Shown here: piece by piece, positions 9,544-19,117 of the stretch | Layout: every line of letters starts with the position of its first letter | Numbering within the stretch: position 1 is the first letter of the stretch | DNA from: an uncultured Erysipelotrichaceae bacterium | GTDB taxonomy: Bacteria > Bacillota_I > Bacilli_A > RF39 > UBA660 | Reading direction: 5' to 3' | DNA length: 63,881 nucleotides | NCBI GenBank assembly: GCA_948439995.1 | Contig: CAOJNP010000003.1 | Span: 1 to 63,881 of the forward strand | Translations under genes and position numbers: made by a program | The notes under the pieces: generated by a model | The model's input: the letters and a program-made list of their open reading frames with translations, nothing else | The model's database searches: none | What the model was told of the DNA's origin: nothing

Positions 9544-11808
9544 TTACACTAGACTTTTTAATTTTTGACTTTTGTCATAAACTTTAATACTATTTTGTAC
9601 TTTTTTAAGATAAAATTCTTTGTCTTTATTAGGAATCGTTCTATCTTTTAATATTAAAAATAATGGTCTTAGTAATTCTATTATTTCTTTTGTGAAACGA
9701 CCTAGATCAGTTGATTCAATGCGATATAATATTTTGAATAAAACATTATAGTTTGTAAAAAAACGATTGCTACTATTGGAAACAAAAATATGAGATAAAT
9801 CTAAGTTTTTTTCTGTTAACCATAATTCTATTTTTTCTAAAAATAAATCAATTTTTTTAATGGAATTTAGATAACGATTTCTTAACTCTTCAATTTTATT
9901 TTCTTGCGTTATAATATAGCTATTTTTCTTTGCTTCAAAATCATTTAGCCATTTATCTACATTTAATTTGTTTAAAAATAATTTTGAATTATCTCGTTCT
10001 TTGGAATATTCTGCATAAGCTAAATTGGTTATAAACATTTCATTTCGCATCCATTTATCATTTTTGGGGAATATTTTTTCTTCATATTTTTTTGCTACTT
10101 TTTTGATAGCATTTATAATTTTTTTATCATATGCAACATTCCATCTATAAAAATCATTCTTTAAATGATTTAAGTTGCTATTTAATCTTACAAAGTGATC
10201 TCTTGGATCAAAATGTGGATTGTCACTTTCTTTAATATATAACACTGGTATTTTTTGAGATTTTATTTTGTTAATAAGTGTTTCATCTGATTTTTTTAAT
10301 TCGTCTATTGTGAGTCCATTTTTGTCTGATAATACATTTAAACCTTGTAACGCAAATAGATTTTTATTGGATTTACATTCTATACCATTCATATCTTGAT
10401 AGGTAGATCCAAAATAGGAGATGTAAGAAAGCAACCTTTGTTGGCCGTCGACTACCTCGGAAATTAGTTCATTGTTAATTACTCTTTCATAAATAATAAT
10501 ATATGGAATGTCAATGTTTAACATAGAGCTTTCAAGTAGTCTAGAAGAAGCCACAATGTTCGTCACTTCATATCTTTGATAACTTGGACGAACAATACTT
10601 TTTTTACTTTTAAATTCATCTAATAAATAGCTAATTTGTCGAGGTTGTAAGAACGATTTATATTTTGGCTCTAATATAGTCATTTCAGCTTCATTTTTTC
10701 TTTCTTTTGCTTCTTCTTCAGCAAAATATTTTTTTATATTTAATCCATATTTTTTTTCTAAATAACGAGCAGCAACACGATATCGTTCAATGGCATAAAT
10801 GGTGTAATGAGCTTGTTTGGTTACAAAGGAATCTTTGTGTTCTATTAAATACTTTAAAAAATCATATTCGTCAAAACCTTTCTCTTCTAATATTTTTTCT
10901 TTTATGACAATAGAAATTGTCCAATAAAGAGTTTGAATGAAATAACAGTTTTGAAATTCTGGATATTGTTCAAAATATTTACTATTTACAATTGTTTCAA
11001 TATAATTAATTGTATTTTCAAATAAAGAAATAATATTTTCTGTCGTATCTTTTTTTAAACTTTCTAAATAGTATTGATCATTTCTAACAAATTTACTTCT
11101 ACATTTACAGTAAGATATAATTGGTGAATAGGTAGAAGCAATTAAAAGTCTAATGTCAACCATAATACTTTGTATTTTATTTTGTTTCTTTCCTAAATAT
11201 ATTTTTCTATATTTCTCAATAATTCCTTCTTCTTGTACTAATTTTTGTTTGAAATATTTTGAAATTTCTTCTTCTTCATATTTGGCATTTTCAATTTCTT
11301 CTGTTTTTAAATTAATTCCTGTATTGTATCGAATATATAATTGTTTTGCTACTTCTATTATTTCTTCTTCTTTTATTTCACGATTTAGATCAATTTTATA
11401 AGTAATGACACGATTGTGAATATGATGTTCGAAATAATATCTTTCTTGTTCTGAAAATTTATTATATTTCATTCCTGCAATTTTTTTTAATTTTGCAAGT
11501 CCATGATAGGTTAATTTTAATTCATTATTTAAAAATTTTACTAAAGCGTTTAATCGATTTAGTCCATCACAGACAATATACTGATTATTATATTGTAATA
11601 ATACAATGGAATTTGTTTCACATCCTAATAAAATACTTTCAATAAAATATGTTGCTGTATTTATGTGCCAAGTATAGTCTTTATTAAACGGCCTATTTGC
11701 CAAGTTAAAAATTTCAAAATCTTTTTTTAGATCAGCAATTACTTTTGTTTCTTCACTTTCTTTTTTTAAATGTAATAATAGTTCTTTTATATTAATTTCT
11801 TTTTCCAT
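9544..11808 (-). CDS. Protein with two tandem DUF262 (ParB-like nuclease/NTPase superfamily) domains
   Basis: 754 aa. The second domain has PSYQRYEV ... VVDGQQRLLSY. The first is a degenerate copy (RPFNKDYTW ... CDGLNRLNAL). The gene ends 25 nt before addB. Confidence 0.7.
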   Translation of the reverse strand: MEKEINIKELLLHLKKESEETKVIADLKKDFEIFNLANRPFNKDYTWHINTATYFIESILLGCETNSIVLLQYNNQYIVCDGLNRLNALVKFLNNELKLTYHGLAKLKKIAGMKYNKFSEQERYYFEHHIHNRVITYKIDLNREIKEEEIIEVAKQLYIRYNTGINLKTEEIENAKYEEEEISKYFKQKLVQEEGIIEKYRKIYLGKKQNKIQSIMVDIRLLIASTYSPIISYCKCRSKFVRNDQYYLESLKKDTTENIISLFENTINYIETIVNSKYFEQYPEFQNCYFIQTLYWTISIVIKEKILEEKGFDEYDFLKYLIEHKDSFVTKQAHYTIYAIERYRVAARYLEKKYGLNIKKYFAEEEAKERKNEAEMTILEPKYKSFLQPRQISYLLDEFKSKKSIVRPSYQRYEVTNIVASSRLLESSMLNIDIPYIIIYERVINNELISEVVDGQQRLLSYISYFGSTYQDMNGIECKSNKNLFALQGLNVLSDKNGLTIDELKKSDETLINKIKSQKIPVLYIKESDNPHFDPRDHFVRLNSNLNHLKNDFYRWNVAYDKKIINAIKKVAKKYEEKIFPKNDKWMRNEMFITNLAYAEYSKERDNSKLFLNKLNVDKWLNDFEAKKNSYIITQENKIEELRNRYLNSIKKIDLFLEKIELWLTEKNLDLSHIFVSNSSNRFFTNYNVLFKILYRIESTDLGRFTKEIIELLRPLFLILKDRTIPNKDKEFYLKKVQNSIKVYDKSQKLKSLV

Positions 11809-11914
11809 AATTTACCACCTAAAAAAATTATAGAAATAGAATCAACTAACGTCTATCCAATTTTTTTGACAACATTCTCTATATTTTAAAAAAATGTCAA
11901 TATAACTGACATTT

Positions 11915-12241
11915 TTATTTTAGAATGAAACAATCTAAGATTCGATTTATACATATTTTTAAATTTTCTATTTTTTCTATGCTATTTTCTTCATTAGCAA
12001 TATATCGGCTTAAACTATAGATGATATTTTTACCATTTGTTTCTTCTATCCCTAATAATAAATTAGCATCTATCTCTAAAATTTTACAAATATTGATAAT
12101 AATAGAAGCATTTAATTCTTGTTTACCATTTTCATAATTTGATATTATGGAACGAGATACATGTAACTTTTCTGCAAGTTTTTCTTGAGTCAACCCTTTA
12201 TTTTTTCTCCAATATTTTAGATTTTTTTCTACTGCATTCAA
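11915..12241 (-). CDS. XRE-family HTH transcriptional regulator
   Basis: 108 aa with N-terminal LKYWRKNKGLTQEKLAEKLHVSRSIISNYENGKQ, a Cro/C1-type HTH. Confidence 0.75.
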   Translation of the reverse strand: MNAVEKNLKYWRKNKGLTQEKLAEKLHVSRSIISNYENGKQELNASIIINICKILEIDANLLLGIEETNGKNIIYSLSRYIANEENSIEKIENLKICINRILDCFILK

Positions 12242-12294
12242 AAATTTACCACCTTTTTGATAGGTATTTTATCATAATTGGTAATATTTGGTAA

Positions 12295-12552
12295 TTATTT
12301 TTTATAATTTTGATAATAATCTTGTTCTGTTAAACTTATTGAAACATTTTCTAAATCTTCTAAATCATTGTTGTCCTCGTTTAAAATCTCTTCTATATAA
12401 AAAATAATTTCGTTTATGGATTGACATCCTTCAAATGGAATTTGATATTTTTTTAATACTTCTATTTGGTAATTAAAAAGATACAATTTATTGTTTATTT
12501 TTACAAGTTGATTCTTTTTTATTGTTTCGTTTATTAACGCATCATATTTCAT
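12295..12552 (-). CDS. Hypothetical acidic small protein
   Basis: 85-aa ORF with a 4-nt ATGA overlap with the upstream DUF3006-like gene. No motif recognised. Confidence 0.4.
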   Translation of the reverse strand: MKYDALINETIKKNQLVKINNKLYLFNYQIEVLKKYQIPFEGCQSINEIIFYIEEILNEDNNDLEDLENVSISLTEQDYYQNYKK

Positions 12553-12758
12553 GAAGTCTCTTCTCCCTCAAAAACTTGATTCATAAGATTGGCAATCTCT
12601 TTTTTTCTTTTTTTGGTCTTTTTTTGATCTACCTCAATTTTTATCATATCATTTTCTTTTGCATCAGGAATTAACCATTTTGGAACTTCGATTGTTTTGC
12701 CAATTTCAGTTTCTAAAATCAAATATTCTCCTTCTATTCTATCAACAATTATTTTCAT
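12549..12758 (-). CDS. DUF3006-like small protein
   Basis: 69 aa. MKIIVDRIEGEYLILE...IEVPKWLIP matches the pattern of DUF3006, which commonly neighbours ComEC-type MBL hydrolases, as it does here. Confidence 0.55.
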   Translation of the reverse strand: MKIIVDRIEGEYLILETEIGKTIEVPKWLIPDAKENDMIKIEVDQKKTKKRKKEIANLMNQVFEGEETS

Positions 12759-12869
12759 TATTTTCTCCTATTCTATTATAAAGTTACTCTTTTAGCATCT
12801 AAAGATCTGATCTTGAATGTTATTTCAATGGAAAATTCGAATTTATTTTTTCTTGTCTATTAAGTTTAC

Positions 12870-13868
12870 TTATTCTTTTTCGACATTCAACGAAATATTT
12901 TTGCCATTAGTGGTAAGCATGATTGTTCCATTTTGATCTGTTTGTAATATTTTTGCTCCTATTTCTTTTAGTCTGTTTAATATTAGTTCATTTGGATGAT
13001 TATAACGATTATTCTTTCCAACAGAAATAATCGCATAGGAAGGATTTACTTTTTTTATAAATTCTTCACTTGTAGAAGTAGCACTTCCATGATGTCCTAT
13101 TTTTATTACATCAGCTTTTATATCTTGCTTTAACTGTTTTTCACTTTCTTCCTCTGCATCGCCCATAAATAAAAATGTATGATCTTTATATGTTATTTTT
13201 ATTACTGCTGAATAATTGTTTAATTTTTGATAAGTTGTTTTAGTAGGTGCAATTATTTCTACTTCAAAATTTTCTTGTGTTATTATTTTTACTCCAGAAT
13301 ACGCATTTTTGATTTTTAAGTTTTGATTTTGAATTGTCATTAATAAGTTTTCATAAGTATTACTTGTGGATATTACTTTTGGCATATAAATCGATTTGAT
13401 TTCAAACGTTTCTATTATTTCTTTTAAGCCTCCGATGTGGTCTGTATGAGGATGTGTTGCAATTACATAATCAATTTTACGATAGCCTAAATTTTCTATG
13501 TAGTGAATAATTTTGGAAGATTGATTGCTTTCTCCTGCATCAATTAGCATCGTTTCTTGATTAGGTAGTTCAAGAAAAATAGAATCACCTTGACCCACAT
13601 CGAGATAATGTATGTGCATTTTATTTTCATTTGACACATTTTTTGAATTTTCACTAATATTTTCTTCAAAGTCTTCTTTTTTTTCTAAAGCAAAAGATTT
13701 ATCGATGATTTGATTCAAATTATTTTTTAAATCTTTATGATTAAAATTTTCAGAACAAAGAAAAATCATACCAATTAATGAAGTAATTGACATTAAAAAT
13801 AACATGAAATATCGAGTAACTCTACAATTCCAGTTCTTCTTTTTTCTTTTGAAAGGTTTTTCTTGCAT
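12870..13868 (-). CDS. Membrane-anchored MBL-fold metallo-hydrolase (ComEC beta-lactamase-domain-like)
   Basis: 332 aa with an N-terminal TM helix, an HPHTDHIGG (HxHxDH) motif and a later GHHGS motif. Confidence 0.8.
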   Translation of the reverse strand: MQEKPFKRKKKNWNCRVTRYFMLFLMSITSLIGMIFLCSENFNHKDLKNNLNQIIDKSFALEKKEDFEENISENSKNVSNENKMHIHYLDVGQGDSIFLELPNQETMLIDAGESNQSSKIIHYIENLGYRKIDYVIATHPHTDHIGGLKEIIETFEIKSIYMPKVISTSNTYENLLMTIQNQNLKIKNAYSGVKIITQENFEVEIIAPTKTTYQKLNNYSAVIKITYKDHTFLFMGDAEEESEKQLKQDIKADVIKIGHHGSATSTSEEFIKKVNPSYAIISVGKNNRYNHPNELILNRLKEIGAKILQTDQNGTIMLTTNGKNISLNVEKE

Positions 13869-14298
13869 TTAAAACACCTTACTTTAAATTTAGTATATCA
13901 TCTTCTATTTAATTTAAATTTATTTAGACGCTATTTGTATCATTTTATTTACTATTTTTGACATAATAATTATTTTAAAAGTAAACTACACTTACTGTAT
14001 TTTACTTTTTATGCTTTTACATTTTTTAAACCTAACGTAGAAATAAATTCCCGAATTTCTGATTTTCTTTTCATAGGATCAACTTGTTAATCATCAATTA
14101 ATCTTTCTACTTCCTCTTTTGTATTTTCAAAAGAAAATAATATTTCAATCTCTTTCAGTTTTTATCACTTATTATTATTTTTATATAAAATAATTTTTTT
14201 CTATTTATAATCCTATCTATAGTATTTATAAAAAAGAAAGAAATCTTCTTCTAAATTATTGCATTTATCAATAATATTTGTTAAGATATTTTTGTTAT

Positions 14299-14375
14299 GG
14301 CGGAATTGGTGAAGTGGTTAACACGCCGGATTGTGGCTCCGGTATGCATGGGTTCGATCCCCATATTTCGCCCCA
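14299..14375 (+). tRNA. tRNA-His (GUG) with encoded G-1 and CCA
   Basis: Hand-folded cloverleaf: acceptor GCGGAAT/ATTTCGC, anticodon stem CCGGA/TCCGG with loop TTGTGGC, T arm ATGGG-TTCGATC-CCCAT, and an extra 5' G opposite C73. Confidence 0.9.
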
Positions 14376-14441
14376 TTTTAGATTTAAACGTATCAAACCG
14401 TTTAAATATATATTGTTTTTAAAATGTCCCCGTCAAGGTAT

Positions 14442-15356
14442 TTATAAAAACAATCTGAGGAAAGGAATACTTGGTATTCTTTTTTCTTGGTGCAAATATA
14501 CATCACAAGTCATTGATACTTTGCTATGTCCCATACTTCTTGATACATAATCGATTGGTACTCCTTTATGTATCAAACGGGTAGCATAACTATGTCGAAA
14601 TTCATGTTGTGTTATTTCTTGCATATGAGCTTTCTCACAAGCTATTTTTTTATGCCTATCAATCGTTGATGTTGATAGTGGTTTTTGACCACCAAACACG
14701 AAATAATCACTTTTAAAAGTACCATATTTTTTCAAATAAAACTTTTTTAATTTTTTTATCCGATATTGCATTAACCAAGATACTTTAATTGTTCTCATAC
14801 TTGATTGATTTTTCGTTGTATCAATTTCTCTTTTTCCTCGTCTTTGTATGCTATGTTCTATCGATACATTTTTTCTTTTTATATCATCAAATTTAAGGGC
14901 CATGGCTTCGCTTGGTCTTGTACCACAGAAAAAAATAAAATTAAAATATTGTTTTTCAATATAATCTTTCAAATGAAAACGAAATTTTCTAAATTGAAAT
15001 ATATTGTATACATGATGTTCTTTTTTCTCAATTTTTTTAACAAAATTATCTACGCTTAACACGATATTTTCTGTCGTGTAGTCGTATATCATACAGAATT
15101 GTATAAATGAGCTAAAAGCGTAATAAAGACTACTATTAAAACCATTACTAAAATTTTTATTTAAGATATTATTTTGCCAATTAATAATATCTTTTTTTTC
15201 TAATAATCTAATATCTTCTACATCTTTAAAATACGGTAAAACATGAAGTTTTAAATTTCGAATATGTGTTTCGTATCCCTGTTTTTTATGACGCTTTGAA
15301 GCGTATACTTCATATTCCTCAAAAGCACTTACAAAAGAGCTTATTTGAGTAGACAA
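14442..15356 (-). CDS. Tyrosine-type site-specific integrase
   Basis: 304 aa. The C-terminal catalytic region has HEFRHSYATRL and GHSKVSMTCDVYLH (His-x-x-Arg ... Tyr). TTG start with gaggtga RBS. Confidence 0.85.
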   Translation of the reverse strand: MSTQISSFVSAFEEYEVYASKRHKKQGYETHIRNLKLHVLPYFKDVEDIRLLEKKDIINWQNNILNKNFSNGFNSSLYYAFSSFIQFCMIYDYTTENIVLSVDNFVKKIEKKEHHVYNIFQFRKFRFHLKDYIEKQYFNFIFFCGTRPSEAMALKFDDIKRKNVSIEHSIQRRGKREIDTTKNQSSMRTIKVSWLMQYRIKKLKKFYLKKYGTFKSDYFVFGGQKPLSTSTIDRHKKIACEKAHMQEITQHEFRHSYATRLIHKGVPIDYVSRSMGHSKVSMTCDVYLHQEKRIPSIPFLRLFL

Positions 15357-15376
15357 ATTTTAAATTCACCTCGTTT

Positions 15377-15646
15377 CTATTTTTGTTCTGAATTAATAGA
15401 TTTAATATCATTTGCGTTCATTAAAGACCCGAGTTTTTTAAGCTCATTTACCATAGTTAACATTGTTGGTAAATTCTTCATTGCTTCTTTTTGTTCAAGA
15501 GCTTGATTTAATAGAACAATATAAGCACTTGTAACATTAATTCCTAAGGATTCTGCATAATCTTTTACCTTTGTTACAACACTTATGGGTAAATTCATAT
15601 TAACTCTCACTAGTTCAGAAATATTATTTTTTCCCATATCAATCAA
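15377..15646 (-). CDS. Small island protein, possibly ribbon-helix-helix DNA-binding
   Basis: 89-aa ORF directly upstream of the integrase. The RVNMNLPISVVTKVKDYAESLGINVTSAYIVLL pattern resembles CopG/RHH. This is a weak call. Confidence 0.35.
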   Translation of the reverse strand: MIDMGKNNISELVRVNMNLPISVVTKVKDYAESLGINVTSAYIVLLNQALEQKEAMKNLPTMLTMVNELKKLGSLMNANDIKSINSEQK

Positions 15647-16043
15647 ACTCCTTTCTTTATATCTTTTTTACTTTTCTTTTTTATTTTTCTTTAGAATTAT
15701 TTATTTTTTCATACTATTTGTTAAGAAAAGAAATCTTGATACGGTACAATGATTGTATCAACATAATAACAACATGTTAATAATATTTTTGAAATTTATC
15801 GAATTAATATAAGTGGCATAGCATTTTTTTCTATAATTTTATGTAATTTTTTTTGCTTAAGAGAGATCTAAATAATAGATATTTTTCACAATAATCATAT
15901 TAAATCATTGTCAGATAACATCAAAAGGATGATTTTTATCCTTTTGATAAAAGCACCATTATCTTTTGCCATTAAAAAATATCAATAAACTTTCGCGGCA
16001 TATCCTCACTAACGTTCGTTATTCCACGTTTCTATTGACATTT

Positions 16044-16319
16044 TTAAATGTCGAATTCTATTTCACAAAACAACTCATCTTCGAAAAAGTCATACAGTGT
16101 CATATCTAAGCCTTGGCAAATTCTAATGATTGTTAATAACTTTGGATTTTTAGAGCGCTCGGATACAAGATTTTGTAAAGAACTTTGAGTAATACAACAT
16201 AAATATGCTAGTTTGTTTATTGAAACATTTTCTTGCTTACAAAGTAATAAAATCTTTTGAGAGATTGCATTTAGGATTGTCATAGTTGATTTATAGCAAA
16301 AAGTTGTATAGTATGCCAC
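16044..16319 (-). CDS. XRE-family HTH regulator (island)
   Basis: 91-aa ORF with the HTH SINKLAYLCCITQSSLQNLVSERSKNP. The true start is probably the internal Met (MTILNA). Confidence 0.6.
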   Translation of the reverse strand: MAYYTTFCYKSTMTILNAISQKILLLCKQENVSINKLAYLCCITQSSLQNLVSERSKNPKLLTIIRICQGLDMTLYDFFEDELFCEIEFDI

Positions 16320-16365
16320 TAAAATTTACAAATTAAAATGAGAAGATTATTTTAACGGTGGTTAT

Positions 16366-16626
16366 ATGAGAAGACAATATAAATTAAACGTAGATATAAA
16401 AGCGAATATTTGTCAAAATATGAAAATAGCAAGAAAGTTAAAAGGATATAGCGTTGATAAAGCTGCTGAGCTTTTAGATATCACGAACGAACACTTGAAA
16501 CGAATTGAAGCTCCAAATGTTCCTAATTATATTTCTTTTGAATTAGTATATATTGTTATGAATGTGTATGAGCAAGACGCAAATTTTTTCTTTCATAATC
16601 CAAAAGAAAATATAAAACTTTTATGA
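16366..16626 (+). CDS. XRE-family HTH regulator (island), divergent from 16044..16319
   Basis: 86 aa with ARKLKGYSVDKAAELLDITNEHLKRIE. Followed by a terminator at 16669..16716. Confidence 0.6.
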   Translation: MRRQYKLNVDIKANICQNMKIARKLKGYSVDKAAELLDITNEHLKRIEAPNVPNYISFELVYIVMNVYEQDANFFFHNPKENIKLL

Positions 16627-16654
16627 TAAAAGTTTTATAATTTTTTGACTATCT

Positions 16655-16975
16655 TTTTGTAAGTTCTTAAATGCCGTTATAGCCTATATTTATAAGTACT
16701 TACGGCATTTTTCTTGTTGGAAGATATTCACATATATTTTTATAATTTCTTATATTTTTGTTTTCAAAAGTAGTAAATTAGTAGTAAAATTTAGAAATTT
16801 TTAATGTATTAATTTAGAATATTAAAAAAAATACTACGCAACGTCATAGTATCAAAGTATAGTCTTATAGGCGAGACTAGTGGTGTTAGCCACCGAAGTC
16901 TTCGTCATAATAAGAATAGTATTACCCTTATTATGTAGCATGTAGCAAATTTTTTGTGATTCTTATTTTATGCAT
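16655..16975. repeat. Structured repeat module U1 (3' of the Ppx-like cargo gene)
   Basis: Alignable over ~300 nt with 18085..18445. Contains the terminator hairpin, a 20-nt direct-repeat box (16770..16789) and hairpins at 16831..16852, 16871..16904 and 16906..16935. Confidence 0.8.
16669..16716 (+). terminator. Intrinsic terminator (first element of repeat module U1)
   Basis: aaatgccgt ... acggcattt stem followed by ttcttgtt. The U2 copy at 18101..18150 keeps the stem through a C-G to T-A double change. Confidence 0.6.
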
Positions 16976-17866
16976 TTAATTTTTAAATTTATCTTTTAGG
17001 CCATCTTCCATATTAATATTTGTAGGAATAACTACATCAGCTCCAATTTTATGAGTAATTAAGTTCGCTATTATTCTCATTGCTCTCGAACCATCAAACC
17101 AAGTTGGATTATCACTCCTATCTCTTATGGCATCCAATGAATTAACCATCATATCACGGTCATATATATCTATTTCTTCTGTTTTAATCATATATTTTTG
17201 CCTATCACTTGCATATAAAGTATTGTCATCCATTTTATATAAAGCATTATTAAACCAATATAAATGGTCTCCTCCAGAGAGAACTATAGCAGTAGCCTTA
17301 TATTCTAAATCTCCTATTAGAGAATCAACATATTCTGTAACCTCATCAAAAGTAACTTTTGGAATATCTTCTTTTAATTCTGGATATTTACTTGTTACAT
17401 CTACAACTCCAAAGTTATAAAATTTATGTCCAAATATTTCTTTATTTTTAACAAATATTAATTCAATGGAACCTCCCCCACCAATGAAGATACATAATGG
17501 TCCATCATAATTAATATTTTGATAGCATCCCTTTGCCGTAAGAATTGCTTCATCCTCTTGTGATACTACTTCTATTGTTAAATTAAATTTATCTTTTAAA
17601 AGACCATTAATTTGTTCTAACTCTGTATCACTTATATTTCTAAATATACTACATCCATATATATGAACATTGTCTGTATACTCTAAAGCCTTACTTATTT
17701 CCTTACATAACTTTTTTAAATCATCATCACTTACTGAACCATTATTTTTATAATTTTTTTTAAATTCAATAGTTGCTGTTTTATCATATATAACTTTGTT
17801 ATTTTCATAAATATGAGTCTTTGTATTATTACTACCTATTTCTATAAATCCATATTTTTCATTCAT
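16976..17866 (-). CDS. Ppx/GppA-like (ASKHA-fold) phosphatase family protein
   Basis: IEIGSNNTK and IFIGGGGSIEL motifs, spaced as in the Ppx-GppA N-terminal domains. The likely start is MNEKYGF, with a ggagtg RBS and a TGTTATAAT extended -10 upstream. Confidence 0.6.
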   Translation of the reverse strand: MNEKYGFIEIGSNNTKTHIYENNKVIYDKTATIEFKKNYKNNGSVSDDDLKKLCKEISKALEYTDNVHIYGCSIFRNISDTELEQINGLLKDKFNLTIEVVSQEDEAILTAKGCYQNINYDGPLCIFIGGGGSIELIFVKNKEIFGHKFYNFGVVDVTSKYPELKEDIPKVTFDEVTEYVDSLIGDLEYKATAIVLSGGDHLYWFNNALYKMDDNTLYASDRQKYMIKTEEIDIYDRDMMVNSLDAIRDRSDNPTWFDGSRAMRIIANLITHKIGADVVIPTNINMEDGLKDKFKN

Positions 17867-17970
17867 ATTATTCACTCCCAATTTTAATTATTATAACACA
17901 TATTTTCTTAATATTTATTAAATTGTGTTTAAATTCACATGATTTTTAAATATTGAAATGAATTTATCAA

Positions 17971-17990
17971 GTAGTAAATTAGTAGTAAAA
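17971..17990. repeat. Direct-repeat box gtagtaaattagtagtaaaa (copy 2 of 4)
   Basis: Exact copy of 16770..16789 and 18202..18221. It lies upstream of the Ppx-like gene. Confidence 0.8.
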
Positions 17991-18084
17991 AACCTTAAAA
18001 TTTTGTATGTTTGCCTCAAAATAAAGCATTTGTAATAAAAATCAATACTTTTTTATATTAAAAATATTGCATTTTTGTGAGTAT

Positions 18085-18445
18085 TTTTTTATAAGTTCTT
18101 AAATGTCGTTATAACCATTATTTATGGGCGTTTACGACATTTTTGTTTTTGAAGGATATTCTTATAAATTGTTATAACTCATTATATTTTCACTTTCAAA
18201 AGTAGTAAATTAGTAGTAAAAATTTAGAAATCTTTTAAAGTATTAATTTTAAATATTAAAAAAATACTATGGCATTGCACAGTATAAGAATATCTATTTA
18301 TAAAAGCGAGACTTAATGGCGTAGCCATTTAAGTCTTCGCCATAATAAGGTATAGTATTACCCTTATTATGTAGCATGAAGCATGTAGCAAAATATTCGG
18401 TTTTTCATTTTTGATATTTGAAATTACAAATATCAGATTAAAATT
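18085..18445. repeat. Structured repeat module U2 (3' of the GNAT cargo gene)
   Basis: Paralog of U1: terminator hairpin 18101..18150, box 18202..18221, and hairpins at 18264..18285, 18306..18340 and 18341..18371, with compensatory stem changes relative to U1. Confidence 0.8.
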
Positions 18446-18458
18446 TTTCTGAAATTAA

Positions 18459-19055
18459 CTATTTTCTTGAAATTGACTGTTTAATAATTGGTTCGTAAAT
18501 ATTTGAATTGTTATTAATGCTTTCATCTACATTTATTTCATAATCTTTTACTATACAATGAGCATTTTCATTGTCAAAAAATTCTCTTATATTTACACCA
18601 CCCAAAGATTCCATTGTTCTCCATGAAGCAGGATTATCTTTATCTGCATCCATTAAGACTGTCTTTATTCCATACTCTTGACAAACTTTTAATCCTAGAT
18701 ATAAGTTTATTTTATTATAACCCTTTCCTCTTTCTGTAGGACGAATGCTATAACCAATATGTCCCCCAAATTTTTTTAAATTTTCATTTAAAGCTAATCG
18801 AATGTTTATCATACCAACAATTCGACTATCACTTTCTCTTATTAAGAAATATGTTTTTGCTGGAACTTTTTCTTCATTAGGTATTCTTGTATAATCTTCT
18901 TCCAATTTTTTTAGCCAACCTTCATAGTCATCTAAATACCTATGAAGTCCCCCAACACCATTAATCTCAGAATTATATTCATAAAATTCATTTATATATG
19001 ATAATGCGTCTTCTTTTCTACTTATATTTGGCTCTTCAAAATAAAACTTTTCCAT
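18459..19055 (-). CDS. GNAT-family N-acetyltransferase
   Basis: RPTERGKGYNK acetyl-CoA-binding-type motif in a ~200-aa GNAT-like layout. The likely start is MEKFYFE, with an aaggagaag RBS and a TGTATAAT extended -10 upstream. Confidence 0.7.
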   Translation of the reverse strand: MEKFYFEEPNISRKEDALSYINEFYEYNSEINGVGGLHRYLDDYEGWLKKLEEDYTRIPNEEKVPAKTYFLIRESDSRIVGMINIRLALNENLKKFGGHIGYSIRPTERGKGYNKINLYLGLKVCQEYGIKTVLMDADKDNPASWRTMESLGGVNIREFFDNENAHCIVKDYEINVDESINNNSNIYEPIIKQSISRK

Positions 19056-19117
19056 AATAAATCTTCTCCTTAAAATGGTTCTAATTGAATTATACACTAA
19101 TTAAAATTGTTTATAAA

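Noticed and set aside
14278-14550. 90-aa plus-strand ORF spanning tRNA-His and the integrase 3' end.
   Set aside because: It overlaps a well-folding tRNA and the C-terminus of the integrase. It is an artefact of the open frame.
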